IMG/VR virus record: IMGVR_UViG_3300032332_001787
Location: 96,001 to 160,000 of that record
Reading direction: 5' to 3' (one strand)
DNA length: 64,000 nt
Origin: a virus
Lineage: Duplodnaviria > Caudoviricetes
Position 1 is the stretch's first letter, and each line of letters opens with the position of its first letter. Below, in pieces: positions 47,465 through 56,823 of this stretch. Both the position numbers and the translations under genes were made by a program. Below the pieces are notes generated by a model. It was not told the DNA's origin. It ran no database searches and worked only from the letters and a program-made list of their open reading frames with translations.

Positions 47465-48090
47465 CAAGAATTATAGCTATAGCGGGCAGGAAACAATCTG
47501 GTAAAAGTACCTCTTGTGATTTTATTAAATCAACTATCTCTAAGATCAATCCCTTAGCATCCACCAAAATATATAGCTTTGCAGATCCTCTCAAGCAGGA
47601 TGTTTGTATAAATATACTGGGTTTAACATATGATCAATGTTATGGATCAGACATTCATAAGAATACTTTAACTAGTTTGAGATGGACAGATATGCCCGGA
47701 TATAATCCTAATATTGTGGCTAAAAACGAATACATGACAGCAAGAGAAGTGATGGAATTTGTAGGAACAAATATATTTAGAGTGATGAAAAATAGTGTCT
47801 GGGTTGATGCTACACTCAATAAAATTAAACAAGAAAATCTAGACTTGGCTATTGTTGCAGATTGTCGATTTCCTAATGAGGTTATGGCTATCAAAAATGC
47901 TGGTGGGTTTGTTATCAGACTAGATTATGATCCATTTAATTCTACTTCAGACAGTGAAATAGCTTTGGATCAACACCTATTTGATTGGAATCATTTTGAT
48001 CTAGTTATAAAGAATAGTACTATGACTATAGATCAAAAAAATGAACAAATATTAAATTTTCTATCAGACAAAGGAACACTACCATTATAA
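47461..48090 (+). CDS. deoxynucleoside monophosphate kinase
   Basis: IAIAGRKQSGKST, SFADPLK, T.REVM..VGT, DCRFPNE. Confidence 0.9.
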   Translation: MTRIIAIAGRKQSGKSTSCDFIKSTISKINPLASTKIYSFADPLKQDVCINILGLTYDQCYGSDIHKNTLTSLRWTDMPGYNPNIVAKNEYMTAREVMEFVGTNIFRVMKNSVWVDATLNKIKQENLDLAIVADCRFPNEVMAIKNAGGFVIRLDYDPFNSTSDSEIALDQHLFDWNHFDLVIKNSTMTIDQKNEQILNFLSDKGTLPL

Positions 48091-49127
48091 TAACATATTT
48101 TAGAAGCTCATCATACAATACTCACTCAATGTGTGAGCAACAATATTTTCTTGAATATGTTTTAGGCTATCGAGGTCCGTCAGGACAAAAAGCCGATAAA
48201 GGAACCATAGTTCATAAGGTATTAGAAATCCTTGCAGTTATTAAAAAAGCTCAACAGGATAGTATTGATACTATAGATGACGATGTTATTGGCAAATTAG
48301 AAGTATCTAATTACAGTTTAAATACAATAATCGAAAAAGTATATAAGCATTATACAGAAGCAAATTCTCATCACAAGTGGGCCTTAAAAGACTACAAAGA
48401 CTGTCATGCTTGGGTATATAAAGCTATTGAATTTAATAATGGCATGTTTGATCCTAGAAACAGAAATATTTTATGTCCAGAACAACACTTTGATTTTGAA
48501 ATAAAAAAACCGTGGGCTCAATATTCATATGACACTCCAGAAGGGAAACTAGAAGGATATCTTGCTTTAAAAGGCACTATTGACTTGATCACACTTGTTA
48601 ACGATACTACTATAGAGGTTATTGACTGGAAAACTGGCAAAAGACTAGACTGGGCAACTGGTCAGGAAAAGACTTTGGAAAAACTCCAGAATGACCCTCA
48701 GCTTAGAATATATTATTATGCTATTACTCATTTGTATCCTCATATTAAGAATGTAATTTTTTCAATATACTTTATCAATGACGGTGGTCCATTTTCAATA
48801 TGTTTTGACAAATCTGATTTAGCAAAAACAGAGGACATGTTGCGTCAAAAATTTGAAATAGTCAAAAAAACACAGAAACCAAGATTAAATAAAAGTTGGA
48901 TGTGTACTAAGCTATGTCATTTTGGTAAAACCACTTTTGAGAATACTCACATAGAAGCTCAAGAAGAATACAGAGAAAACCAGACTTGTTCAATTGGTTC
49001 CAAGATGACAAAATGTGAACAAATTAAGCATGATATAAGTCTTTATGGAATGAAGCAAGTTGTAGAAGAATATAAGAATCGCAATCACTCTTTTGGAAAA
49101 TATAAAGCTCCAGGAACTACAGAATGA
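48084..49127 (+). CDS. PD-(D/E)XK exonuclease (RecB/AddB/Cas4-like, Cys-ligated)
   Basis: GT.VH, KGTIDL, VIDWKTG, QL.IY, C-terminal C...C..C; probable ATT start at 48084 (AAAGGA 8 nt upstream); track start is 48129. Confidence 0.85.
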   Translation: MIITYFRSSSYNTHSMCEQQYFLEYVLGYRGPSGQKADKGTIVHKVLEILAVIKKAQQDSIDTIDDDVIGKLEVSNYSLNTIIEKVYKHYTEANSHHKWALKDYKDCHAWVYKAIEFNNGMFDPRNRNILCPEQHFDFEIKKPWAQYSYDTPEGKLEGYLALKGTIDLITLVNDTTIEVIDWKTGKRLDWATGQEKTLEKLQNDPQLRIYYYAITHLYPHIKNVIFSIYFINDGGPFSICFDKSDLAKTEDMLRQKFEIVKKTQKPRLNKSWMCTKLCHFGKTTFENTHIEAQEEYRENQTCSIGSKMTKCEQIKHDISLYGMKQVVEEYKNRNHSFGKYKAPGTTE

Positions 49128-50998
49128 GTTATTCAGTTTTACATTGTCATAGCATGATGTCTCTGTTGGACGGACTATCCAAGTTTGATGATCTTGCATC
49201 AAGATGTAAGGAAATAGGAGCAACAGCGTGTGCTATAACAGATCATGGCAATATTGCGGGTGCGGTTAAATTTTATCAGTCAATGAAAAAAGCTGGCATT
49301 AAACCCATCCTTGGTTGTGAATTGTATATATGCGAACAAAGTCCTACCATCAAAGAAGTTAGCAATAAAAAACTTAGCCATTTTTTGGTTTTGGCTAAAA
49401 ACCTCAAAGGCTGGAAAAATTTAATCCAGCTAGTTTCCTTGTCCAACAGCCCAGACTTTTATTATCACAAGCCACGCCTCGACCTAGAGACTCTGGCGAG
49501 ATTCTGTGACGGCAACCTCATAGGAATATGCGGCCACCTTGGATCACTATTGGCCGATAAGATAATGGATGACAATAATGAATTAATTAATGATCATATT
49601 AATATAGGAATAGAAACTGCGGAAAAGCTCAAATCAATATTTGGTAATGATAATATATTTCTGGAAGCACAATTAATAGATAAAGAAAATCTACCTATTC
49701 AAGAGTTTTTAACTAATGCAATTAGAGAGATTGGTCAAAGGACTAATATTAAGATCATAGCTACTCCTGATGCTCATTATGCCAGAAAAGAGGATGCTGT
49801 TGATCAAAGAATTTTACTATGCAATAATCTTAAAATGACATTACCAGATATTAGTCGTAAAATTAGCAATAACGAAGATATCCCTATGGGCTGTTTCTTT
49901 TTGTCCGACAATTATCATATTCCTTCATTTGAAGAACTACAAAACATTCATCCCCAAGAAGAATTAGATAATACCAATTATGTCGCAGACCTTATAGAAG
50001 ACTACAACATTCTTGCTAAACCCAGATTGCCACCCTTTGCTTGTCCAGCAGGATATGATCCAGACACATATCTTAGACAGTTATGTAGAGATGGGTGGAA
50101 ACAAAAAATTGCAAAAAAAATACCAGAAGAAGAACAGAATAAATATGTTGAAAGAATCAAATATGAACTAGAAATCCTACAGGGTGCAGGGTTGTCAAGT
50201 TATTTCTTGATTGTGCAAGATATCGTGAACTATGTTAGGAACCAAGGGTGGCTTCCGGGTCCGGGCAGAGGAAGTGCGGCGGGATGTTTAGTGTCGTACT
50301 TAATTAGTATTACTAGTATTGATCCTATAAAATATGATCTTTTATTTGAGAGATTTTATAATCAAGGCCGACAAGAAAAAGGACACGTTTCATTACCAGA
50401 TATTGATGTTGACGTTCCAATTAATAAAAGAGAAGAAGTGATCTCATACATTAAAAATAAATATGGTGCGGACAAGGTTTCTCAAATGGTGACATTTAAC
50501 ACTATGAAAGGCCGTGGAGCTATTAAGGACGTATTAAGAGTGTATGGGAATATATCATTTGATGAGATGAATAATATCACCAAAAGTATTCCGGATGAAG
50601 CAAAAATTGCCGACGAGCTTCAAGAAATGAAAGAAGAAACAGGAGAAGCTTCTATTATTAGGTGGTCTTTAGAAAATAATGTAGAAAAACTCAAAGAATG
50701 GTGCTATATTGACGAAAATAACCAATTACAAGGACCACTTGCCAAAAGATTTGAACAGGCTATAAGATTAGAAGGTACGAAAACCAATCAGTCAAAACAT
50801 GCCGCTGGCATAGCTATAAGTGCTGAGCCACTACAAGAAATTTGCCCCATGGTTTATGACTCAAAAAATAATCAACTAATTGCTGGTATGGAAATGCAAG
50901 ACCTAGAAGCTTTGGGGGTAATTAAATTTGATATTCTTGGTATCGCTATGTTAGATAAAATTATGACTATTCAAGATATACTAGAAAAAGGAGAATAA
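49124..50998 (+). CDS. dnaE: DNA polymerase III alpha, N-terminal part (PHP + palm)
   Basis: LHCHS..S.LDG, TDHG, GCE, DAHY, GRGSAAG.LV.Y, LFERF, PDIDVD, HAAG, KFDILG; ends TAA soon after. Confidence 0.95.
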   Translation: MSYSVLHCHSMMSLLDGLSKFDDLASRCKEIGATACAITDHGNIAGAVKFYQSMKKAGIKPILGCELYICEQSPTIKEVSNKKLSHFLVLAKNLKGWKNLIQLVSLSNSPDFYYHKPRLDLETLARFCDGNLIGICGHLGSLLADKIMDDNNELINDHINIGIETAEKLKSIFGNDNIFLEAQLIDKENLPIQEFLTNAIREIGQRTNIKIIATPDAHYARKEDAVDQRILLCNNLKMTLPDISRKISNNEDIPMGCFFLSDNYHIPSFEELQNIHPQEELDNTNYVADLIEDYNILAKPRLPPFACPAGYDPDTYLRQLCRDGWKQKIAKKIPEEEQNKYVERIKYELEILQGAGLSSYFLIVQDIVNYVRNQGWLPGPGRGSAAGCLVSYLISITSIDPIKYDLLFERFYNQGRQEKGHVSLPDIDVDVPINKREEVISYIKNKYGADKVSQMVTFNTMKGRGAIKDVLRVYGNISFDEMNNITKSIPDEAKIADELQEMKEETGEASIIRWSLENNVEKLKEWCYIDENNQLQGPLAKRFEQAIRLEGTKTNQSKHAAGIAISAEPLQEICPMVYDSKNNQLIAGMEMQDLEALGVIKFDILGIAMLDKIMTIQDILEKGE

Positions 50999-50999
50999 A

Positions 51000-51203
51000 A
51001 TGATAAAATTTATGGATTTGGCGGCCGGGTTGAAGTTCACAGCTAGTCTTAATGGAGGCCCTATTACTGAATATATTAAAATTCAAGAAGAACGAATAAG
51101 CTGCTGTTCGGTACTAAATGCTCAGACAACAGGAGCTAATGGTCAAAAAGTACAGTTTCTTCCATTAGCTGAAGTAGAAGAAGTTAAAGAGGAAAACAAA
51201 TAG
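51000..51203 (+). CDS. small hypothetical protein
   Basis: AGGAGA RBS; between dnaE halves. Confidence 0.7.
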   Translation: MIKFMDLAAGLKFTASLNGGPITEYIKIQEERISCCSVLNAQTTGANGQKVQFLPLAEVEEVKEENK

Positions 51204-51205
51204 TA

Positions 51206-51892
51206 ATGATTAATTATAACAAAATTTGTGTTTTTGATTTTGAAACTGACGGATCGGACCCAAAAGTCTGTAGTCCTGTTCAAATTGCTGCAGTTATTAT
51301 AGATCCTATTAAGTTAGAGATAGTTCCAAATTCTGAATTTAATATTTTCTTTAAACCAGAAGTTTTAGCTAATGACGAAAACTATAATTATACAACAGAC
51401 ATATTGGATTTTCATGCTAAGGTTAGAGGATCTTCCAAAGAAGATATCCTGAAAGAGTGGAAAGCTTATCCTGCACAGGAACAATCTTGGAGACTATTCA
51501 TAGACTACCTGTCTATGCATCACACAAGATCAAGCAAGAAAAGCCAGTTTAGTGCTCCGATAGCTGCTGGTTACAATATTAATAGGTTCGATCTTACTAT
51601 CATTGATAGATTAAGTCGAAAATATGGCAATGTAAATAAGGAAGATAGGTCTGATGTATTTTTCCCTAGAGATGTCGTTGATATTATGAATCTTATTTTT
51701 TATTGGTTTGAACATAATAATGATTTAAAAAACTACACTTTAGATTCTATCAGAGATTATCTTGGTATTAGTAAAGAAGGTGCTCATGATGCTCTAAAAG
51801 ACGTAAAAGATTGTGCAGAAATACTAACTAGGTTTATGAGACTGCATAGAAACTTGGGACAGAAAGTTAAATTCAAAGGTTCTTTTTGCTGA
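51206..51892 (+). CDS. DEDDh 3'-5' exonuclease (DnaQ/epsilon-like)
   Basis: VFDFETDG (ExoI), AGYN...FD (ExoII), HDAL.D (ExoIII). Confidence 0.92.
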   Translation: MINYNKICVFDFETDGSDPKVCSPVQIAAVIIDPIKLEIVPNSEFNIFFKPEVLANDENYNYTTDILDFHAKVRGSSKEDILKEWKAYPAQEQSWRLFIDYLSMHHTRSSKKSQFSAPIAAGYNINRFDLTIIDRLSRKYGNVNKEDRSDVFFPRDVVDIMNLIFYWFEHNNDLKNYTLDSIRDYLGISKEGAHDALKDVKDCAEILTRFMRLHRNLGQKVKFKGSFC

Positions 51893-51899
51893 AGATAAA

Positions 51900-53528
51900 A
51901 TGACTAAAAAATTTCAATATAGTTGTGGTTGTTCTTTTGATATTATCGGTGAAGATAATCATAAAAACCTACAAATAAAATTTGAACCAAAAATTGAAGA
52001 TATTAACTTAGACTGCCAAAAAACTTGGGATCTTATTTCTGATGGAAATACCAAAGGATGCTTCCAATTGGAGTCTAGACTCGGCAAGTCTATGGCAAAA
52101 AAGTTAAAACCCCAGAACATAGAGCAGTTATCTGCTTTAATTAGCGTTTTACGGCCAGGATGTTTGGAAGCGGTTAGAGATGGAAAAACTGTTTCTAATC
52201 ATTATATAGATAAGAAAAATGGTTTGGAGTCCGTAGATTATTATCATCCTTGTTTAGAGCCTGTTCTCAAAACAACATATGGAGAAATGATCTATCAAGA
52301 GCAAGCAATGGAAATTGCAAAAACCGTTGCTGGTTTTGATCTTCAAGAAGCAGACATGTTAAGAAAAGCTATTGGAAAAAAGAAACCAGAAGAAATGGCC
52401 AAGATTAAGATTAAATTTCTAGCCGGATCTGCAAAGAGCGGCATGGTTTCTACACAACAAGCAGAGGAAATTTTTAGTTGGATTGAAAAATCACAAAGAT
52501 ATTCATTTAATAAATCTCATGCAGTATCTTATGCTGTAAATTGTTATTTGTCCGCATATACAAAAGCACATTTCCCAAAAATATTCTTTGCTGCTTATTT
52601 GAGATTTGCCAAAGACAAAATTGATCCTAAAGCAGAAATAAAAGAGTTAGTTCAAAATTCCAATGAAATGGATGTTGCTGTATCTATACCAGATATTAGA
52701 AATCTTAATAAGTTATTTATTCTCAAAGATGATAAAATATACTTTGGATTAACAGATATAAAAGGATTTGGACAATCTGTTTTTGATAAATTGATATCTA
52801 CTATAGATAGTAAAAAAATTAATTTAGATAGCATGACTTGGCCTGAAATTTTACTACATGTGTTAATAAACCTTAATTCAACATCCGCTAAGGCTTTGAT
52901 ACAGGGTGGTGCTTTATCGTTTATTGGCAAAAGCAGAACAAGTATGTTATTTGAACTTAGTCTTATTTCTGAATTAACAAAAAAAGAATCTGACCATATT
53001 ATTAGTAATATACATCATCACCGTACCATCGGAGATAGCTTACATGATTTATATCATAATGGAAAGTCTAATAAGAATAGAAAAGCTATTATATTAGGAT
53101 TAATTAACAATTATAATAAACCACCATATTCCTTGGAAGACAATCCAGAATGGATATCGGATACTGAAGACTCGGTTTTGGGATGTAGTATTACTTGTTC
53201 TAAAGTAGATATGTATGATATTACTATGACAAATACAACGTGCAAAGACTTTAAAACAACTTTGAATAAAGATAATATTATTTTGTGTGCAGAAATCGAG
53301 AATATCGGCGTCACAAAAACTAAAACTGGGAAAACTCCAGGTTTAGAGATGGCATTTGTTACATTAAGCGATGGAACAGGAGTATTAGATTCCGTTGTAT
53401 TCTTTCCAGAAGCATACAAAACGTATCGCAACACACTATTTCCTGGAAATGTTATTATTGTTAAGGGGAATAAAGCAAAAAATGGCGAATCTTTGATCGT
53501 AGAAAAGACTTATATTCCAAAGACTTGA
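51900..53528 (+). CDS. dnaE: DNA polymerase III alpha, C-terminal part (thumb/fingers, HhH, OB fold)
   Basis: G.T.GCFQLES, RPG, TYG.MIYQEQ.M, AD.LRKAIGKK, YSFNKSHA.SYA, FGL.DIKG.G, MAFVTLSD. Confidence 0.95.
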   Translation: MTKKFQYSCGCSFDIIGEDNHKNLQIKFEPKIEDINLDCQKTWDLISDGNTKGCFQLESRLGKSMAKKLKPQNIEQLSALISVLRPGCLEAVRDGKTVSNHYIDKKNGLESVDYYHPCLEPVLKTTYGEMIYQEQAMEIAKTVAGFDLQEADMLRKAIGKKKPEEMAKIKIKFLAGSAKSGMVSTQQAEEIFSWIEKSQRYSFNKSHAVSYAVNCYLSAYTKAHFPKIFFAAYLRFAKDKIDPKAEIKELVQNSNEMDVAVSIPDIRNLNKLFILKDDKIYFGLTDIKGFGQSVFDKLISTIDSKKINLDSMTWPEILLHVLINLNSTSAKALIQGGALSFIGKSRTSMLFELSLISELTKKESDHIISNIHHHRTIGDSLHDLYHNGKSNKNRKAIILGLINNYNKPPYSLEDNPEWISDTEDSVLGCSITCSKVDMYDITMTNTTCKDFKTTLNKDNIILCAEIENIGVTKTKTGKTPGLEMAFVTLSDGTGVLDSVVFFPEAYKTYRNTLFPGNVIIVKGNKAKNGESLIVEKTYIPKT

Positions 53529-53552
53529 CGCAATCGCACTGGTTTCTATAAT
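53525..53552 (+). promoter_or_regulatory. sigma70-like promoter for ssb
   Basis: TTGACG (53525-30), 16 nt, TATAAT (53547-52). Confidence 0.7.
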
Positions 53553-53594
53553 AGTTCAGTGTTTGGTTTTGGTTTTTTAAAAAAGGAGAGATTG

Positions 53595-53975
53595 ATGAAT
53601 ATCAATATTTTACGCGGTAATTTAGCTAGAGATCCCGAACTTAGAGTTGTGAACACCGGCGGTAAGCAAACCTCTGTAGTGAATTTTACAGTTGCTGTTT
53701 CTAGGGAATACACAAAGTCAAATGGCGAAAAGGACAAAGTTACCACGTTTGTGCCATGTGAAGCATGGGATAGTGGTGCAGAGATTATAGGGCAGTCTTT
53801 TAAGAAGGGCGATTTAGTTTTAGTAGAAGGCTCTCTTAGAAATGACTCATGGGAGAAGGATGGAGTAAAACATAATTCTCTTAAGATTAGGGTTAATAAT
53901 TTTTCAAAGATCACAAAGCTTTCTAAGAAGAAGGAACAAATAGAATCTGCTGAAGAAGAAGTTGTTAACTTCTGA
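53595..53975 (+). CDS. ssb: single-stranded DNA-binding protein
   Basis: AAGGAG RBS before ATG 53595; MN...L.GNL.RDPELR, NFTVAV.R, KG..V.VEG.L....W; acidic tail. Confidence 0.95.
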   Translation: MNINILRGNLARDPELRVVNTGGKQTSVVNFTVAVSREYTKSNGEKDKVTTFVPCEAWDSGAEIIGQSFKKGDLVLVEGSLRNDSWEKDGVKHNSLKIRVNNFSKITKLSKKKEQIESAEEEVVNF

Positions 53976-54002
53976 TCTGATTATCTCATCAACAGGAACA
54001 AA

Positions 54003-54035
54003 TAAGGGGGATGAAATACTCCCCCTATATTTTTA
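54003..54035 (+). terminator. stem-loop after ssb (terminator or translational hairpin)
   Basis: AGGGGGA-tgaaatac-TCCCCCT followed by ATATTTTT. Confidence 0.65.
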
Positions 54036-55702
54036 TGTCTAAGAAAAAACTCAAAATTTTAATGTGTTCTGAAGCCAGTTTTCTTAGCTCTGGTTTTGGT
54101 ACCTATGCTAAAGAAATTCTCAAAAGACTACATGCTACAAATAAATATGAGATAGCAGAGTTTGCTTCATATGGCAAAGTTAATGATCCAAAAGATACTG
54201 ATGTTTCTTGGAGATATTATGCTAATGCTGTAGATGATAAAGATCCAAGACATCAAGAATACAATAGTTCTGCAGAAAATCAATTTGGTAGATGGAGATT
54301 CGAGCGGGTTTTATTAGACTTCAAGCCCGACATTGTATTTGATGTTAGAGACTATTGGATGAATTCATATCAGCAATTTTCTCCTCTTAGACCATTTTAT
54401 CATTGGGTATTGATGCCCACGGTAGACTCAGCTCCTCAGCAAGAAGAATGGATTGATACCTTTTTACATGCTGATGCTATTTTTACTTATTCTGATTTTG
54501 GTAGAGACACTTTATTAGAACAAAGTAATAGAAAAATTAAATACATAGATACTGCTTCTCCAGGAGTGGATCTATCTACATTTAAAATAATAGAGAATAA
54601 ATCATCAGTAAAAAAAGCTCTAGGACTAGATGAGCAGTCTTTTATTGTTGGTTCTATTATGAGAAATCAAAAAAGAAAACTCATTCCTGAGCTATTTGTA
54701 TCTATAAAAAAATTAATCGAAAAATTTCAGAAGGAAAACAATCCTTTAGGAGAAAAAGTATTTTTATACTTACATACTAGCTATCCTGATGCTGGATGGG
54801 ACTTACCCCAACTTCTAAAAGAATACAAGATTGGTAATAGGGTATTATTTTCCTATAGCTGTAAAAACTGCAATTATTTTCAGCCATGCCTATATCAGCA
54901 TCCAGTGTCTTATTGTCCCAAATGTGGACAAAAATCTTTTAGTATGCCCAATGTTAGTTCCGGGGTTTCATCTAATATTTTATCAGTCATTATCAATAGT
55001 TTTGATATATATGTACAATATGCTATATGTGAAGGATTTGGAATGCCCCAAGTTGAAGCTGCCGCTTGTGGTGTCCCAATAGCTTCTACAGATTATAGCG
55101 CAATGAGTGACGTGGTAAGAAAATTAAATGGCTATCCAGTGAGGATTAAGCAATCTTTTAAAGAACTAGAGACCAAAGCGATCAGAGTCTACCCAGACAA
55201 CGACCACCTTGCTGAAATTTTATATAACTATACAAAATTACCAGAGTTTTTGGTAAATCAAAAAAGATTTGAAACTCGTAAATTAGCAGAAAAATATTAT
55301 AACTGGGATAATATTGCTAAAAAATGGGAGAATTACTTTGACCAAGTGAAATTAACGGGACTACAAGGACAATGGCAAGAAAGCTTAAATGTTCTTCAGT
55401 CTATCAAAGAATTGCCCAAACTTAATAGTAATTATGATATATTAACCCAGTTGGTGTCAAAACACTTACCAAACCATCAGATAGCGTCATCAATTATACT
55501 ACTCAACTTAATTAAAGATCTGGATAATGGTTTTGCTATCAATGGAATGCATACTGAGCAGTATACTATGTCTAAAGCTATTGATATTCTTAATAATATG
55601 ATATCTAATAATAATTTAGCACAAAATGCTAAAGATAATCATGAGAATCTAAAACATGAAGATTTTATTGAATACGCAGATATGAAAGCTAAATTACAAT
55701 GA
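54011..55702 (+). CDS. glycosyltransferase family 4 with internal zinc ribbon
   Basis: SGFGTYA, RNQKRK, EX7E EGFGMPQVE, YNW..IA; insert CKNC..C....CPKC; start 54011 or 54035. Confidence 0.9.
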   Translation: MKYSPYIFMSKKKLKILMCSEASFLSSGFGTYAKEILKRLHATNKYEIAEFASYGKVNDPKDTDVSWRYYANAVDDKDPRHQEYNSSAENQFGRWRFERVLLDFKPDIVFDVRDYWMNSYQQFSPLRPFYHWVLMPTVDSAPQQEEWIDTFLHADAIFTYSDFGRDTLLEQSNRKIKYIDTASPGVDLSTFKIIENKSSVKKALGLDEQSFIVGSIMRNQKRKLIPELFVSIKKLIEKFQKENNPLGEKVFLYLHTSYPDAGWDLPQLLKEYKIGNRVLFSYSCKNCNYFQPCLYQHPVSYCPKCGQKSFSMPNVSSGVSSNILSVIINSFDIYVQYAICEGFGMPQVEAAACGVPIASTDYSAMSDVVRKLNGYPVRIKQSFKELETKAIRVYPDNDHLAEILYNYTKLPEFLVNQKRFETRKLAEKYYNWDNIAKKWENYFDQVKLTGLQGQWQESLNVLQSIKELPKLNSNYDILTQLVSKHLPNHQIASSIILLNLIKDLDNGFAINGMHTEQYTMSKAIDILNNMISNNNLAQNAKDNHENLKHEDFIEYADMKAKLQ

Positions 55703-56823
55703 ATGTACTTTTCGTAGGTCCATATAGGCAACAAGACGGCTGGGGGTTAGCCTCTCAAAGCTATATAAGAGCCATAGCTTCTCGAACTTCAAATATAACA
55801 ACCAGACCAGTATTTTTAGCTGGTGGAGATGCTTCTCCTATTGATTCTGATCTTTTGGGCTATGAAAATTCTATCTACGAAAACTATGATATAGTAATAC
55901 AAAAAACACTCCCACACTGCTTATTTTATGATCGTAGATTCAAGAAAAATATAGGCTTGTTTGTATTAGAAACTAACAATATTTCTAATTCAACCAGTAT
56001 TGCTTCTATTAATAGAATGGATGAAATATGGGTACCAAGCAACCAAGAACAAAAATGTCTGATAAAATCTGGTATAACCAAACCAATTAAAGTTATATCT
56101 CAACCCTTAGATACAAATTTTATTGCTCAAAATAAAGATCATAAATTAGACTTTAATCATATTCTTAACAAGTCTTTCAAGTTTTATTTTATCGGAGAAT
56201 ATACAGAAAGAAAAAATATAAAAGATTTAATCATTGCTTTTCATTTAGCTTTTGATATTTCACAACCAGTTACATTAGTACTAAAAACTAGTATTTCAGG
56301 AATGTCTTCTAATGAATCTTATAAAACAATAGAAAAAGATATAGATAGTATCAAAAAACAACTCAACATTAGTAGTCGCTATAAAAAAGAAATATTAGTT
56401 ACTGAAAAATTGTCATACAAAGACCTAATAGGTCTTCATAATTCATGCGACTGTTTAGTAATGCCTTCCTATGGAGAAGCATTCTGTAGACCAGCTGCAG
56501 AAGCTCTATGTTTAGGCAAAATGCCTATTGTAACAGATAATACGGGGATGGTTGATTTTATCAACAATGATAATGGTTTTGTTGTGCAAAGTTCCAAAGT
56601 TCCTGTTGTAGTATCTAAACGAACACTATCTGAAGATTTTGATATATACAACGCACAAGAATACTGGTATAAAGTGCAAATTTATGATCTAATAGATAAA
56701 ATGAGGACTGCATATTCATTGTATAAAGATAATCGTAAAGCTTTTGAAACTAAGAAAAATATTGGCATGTCCCAAATAGAACAATTCAGCTATAAAAACA
56801 TAGGACAAAAATTATGTATTTGA
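55699..56823 (+). CDS. glycosyltransferase family 4
   Basis: DGWG, IGEY.ERK, EAFCRPAAEA..LG. Confidence 0.9.
   Translation: MNVLFVGPYRQQDGWGLASQSYIRAIASRTSNITTRPVFLAGGDASPIDSDLLGYENSIYENYDIVIQKTLPHCLFYDRRFKKNIGLFVLETNNISNSTSIASINRMDEIWVPSNQEQKCLIKSGITKPIKVISQPLDTNFIAQNKDHKLDFNHILNKSFKFYFIGEYTERKNIKDLIIAFHLAFDISQPVTLVLKTSISGMSSNESYKTIEKDIDSIKKQLNISSRYKKEILVTEKLSYKDLIGLHNSCDCLVMPSYGEAFCRPAAEALCLGKMPIVTDNTGMVDFINNDNGFVVQSSKVPVVVSKRTLSEDFDIYNAQEYWYKVQIYDLIDKMRTAYSLYKDNRKAFETKKNIGMSQIEQFSYKNIGQKLCI

Noticed and set aside
48084-49127. Cas4 / CRISPR-Cas system
   Set aside because: No repeat-spacer array or other cas genes; context is replication, consistent with a stand-alone RecB/AddB-like nuclease.
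51000-51203. Paralogy between the 67-aa ORF and 6322-6585 (both start K[FY]..L..G..F)
   Set aside because: Similarity limited to a few residues; not supportable without profile comparison.
50950-52000. Split intein joining the dnaE halves (the 67-aa ORF starts MIK like Npu DnaE-C)
   Set aside because: No Cys-initiated IntN after KFDILG, no His-Asn/Cys junction, and the 67-aa ORF is a separate gene ending EENK.
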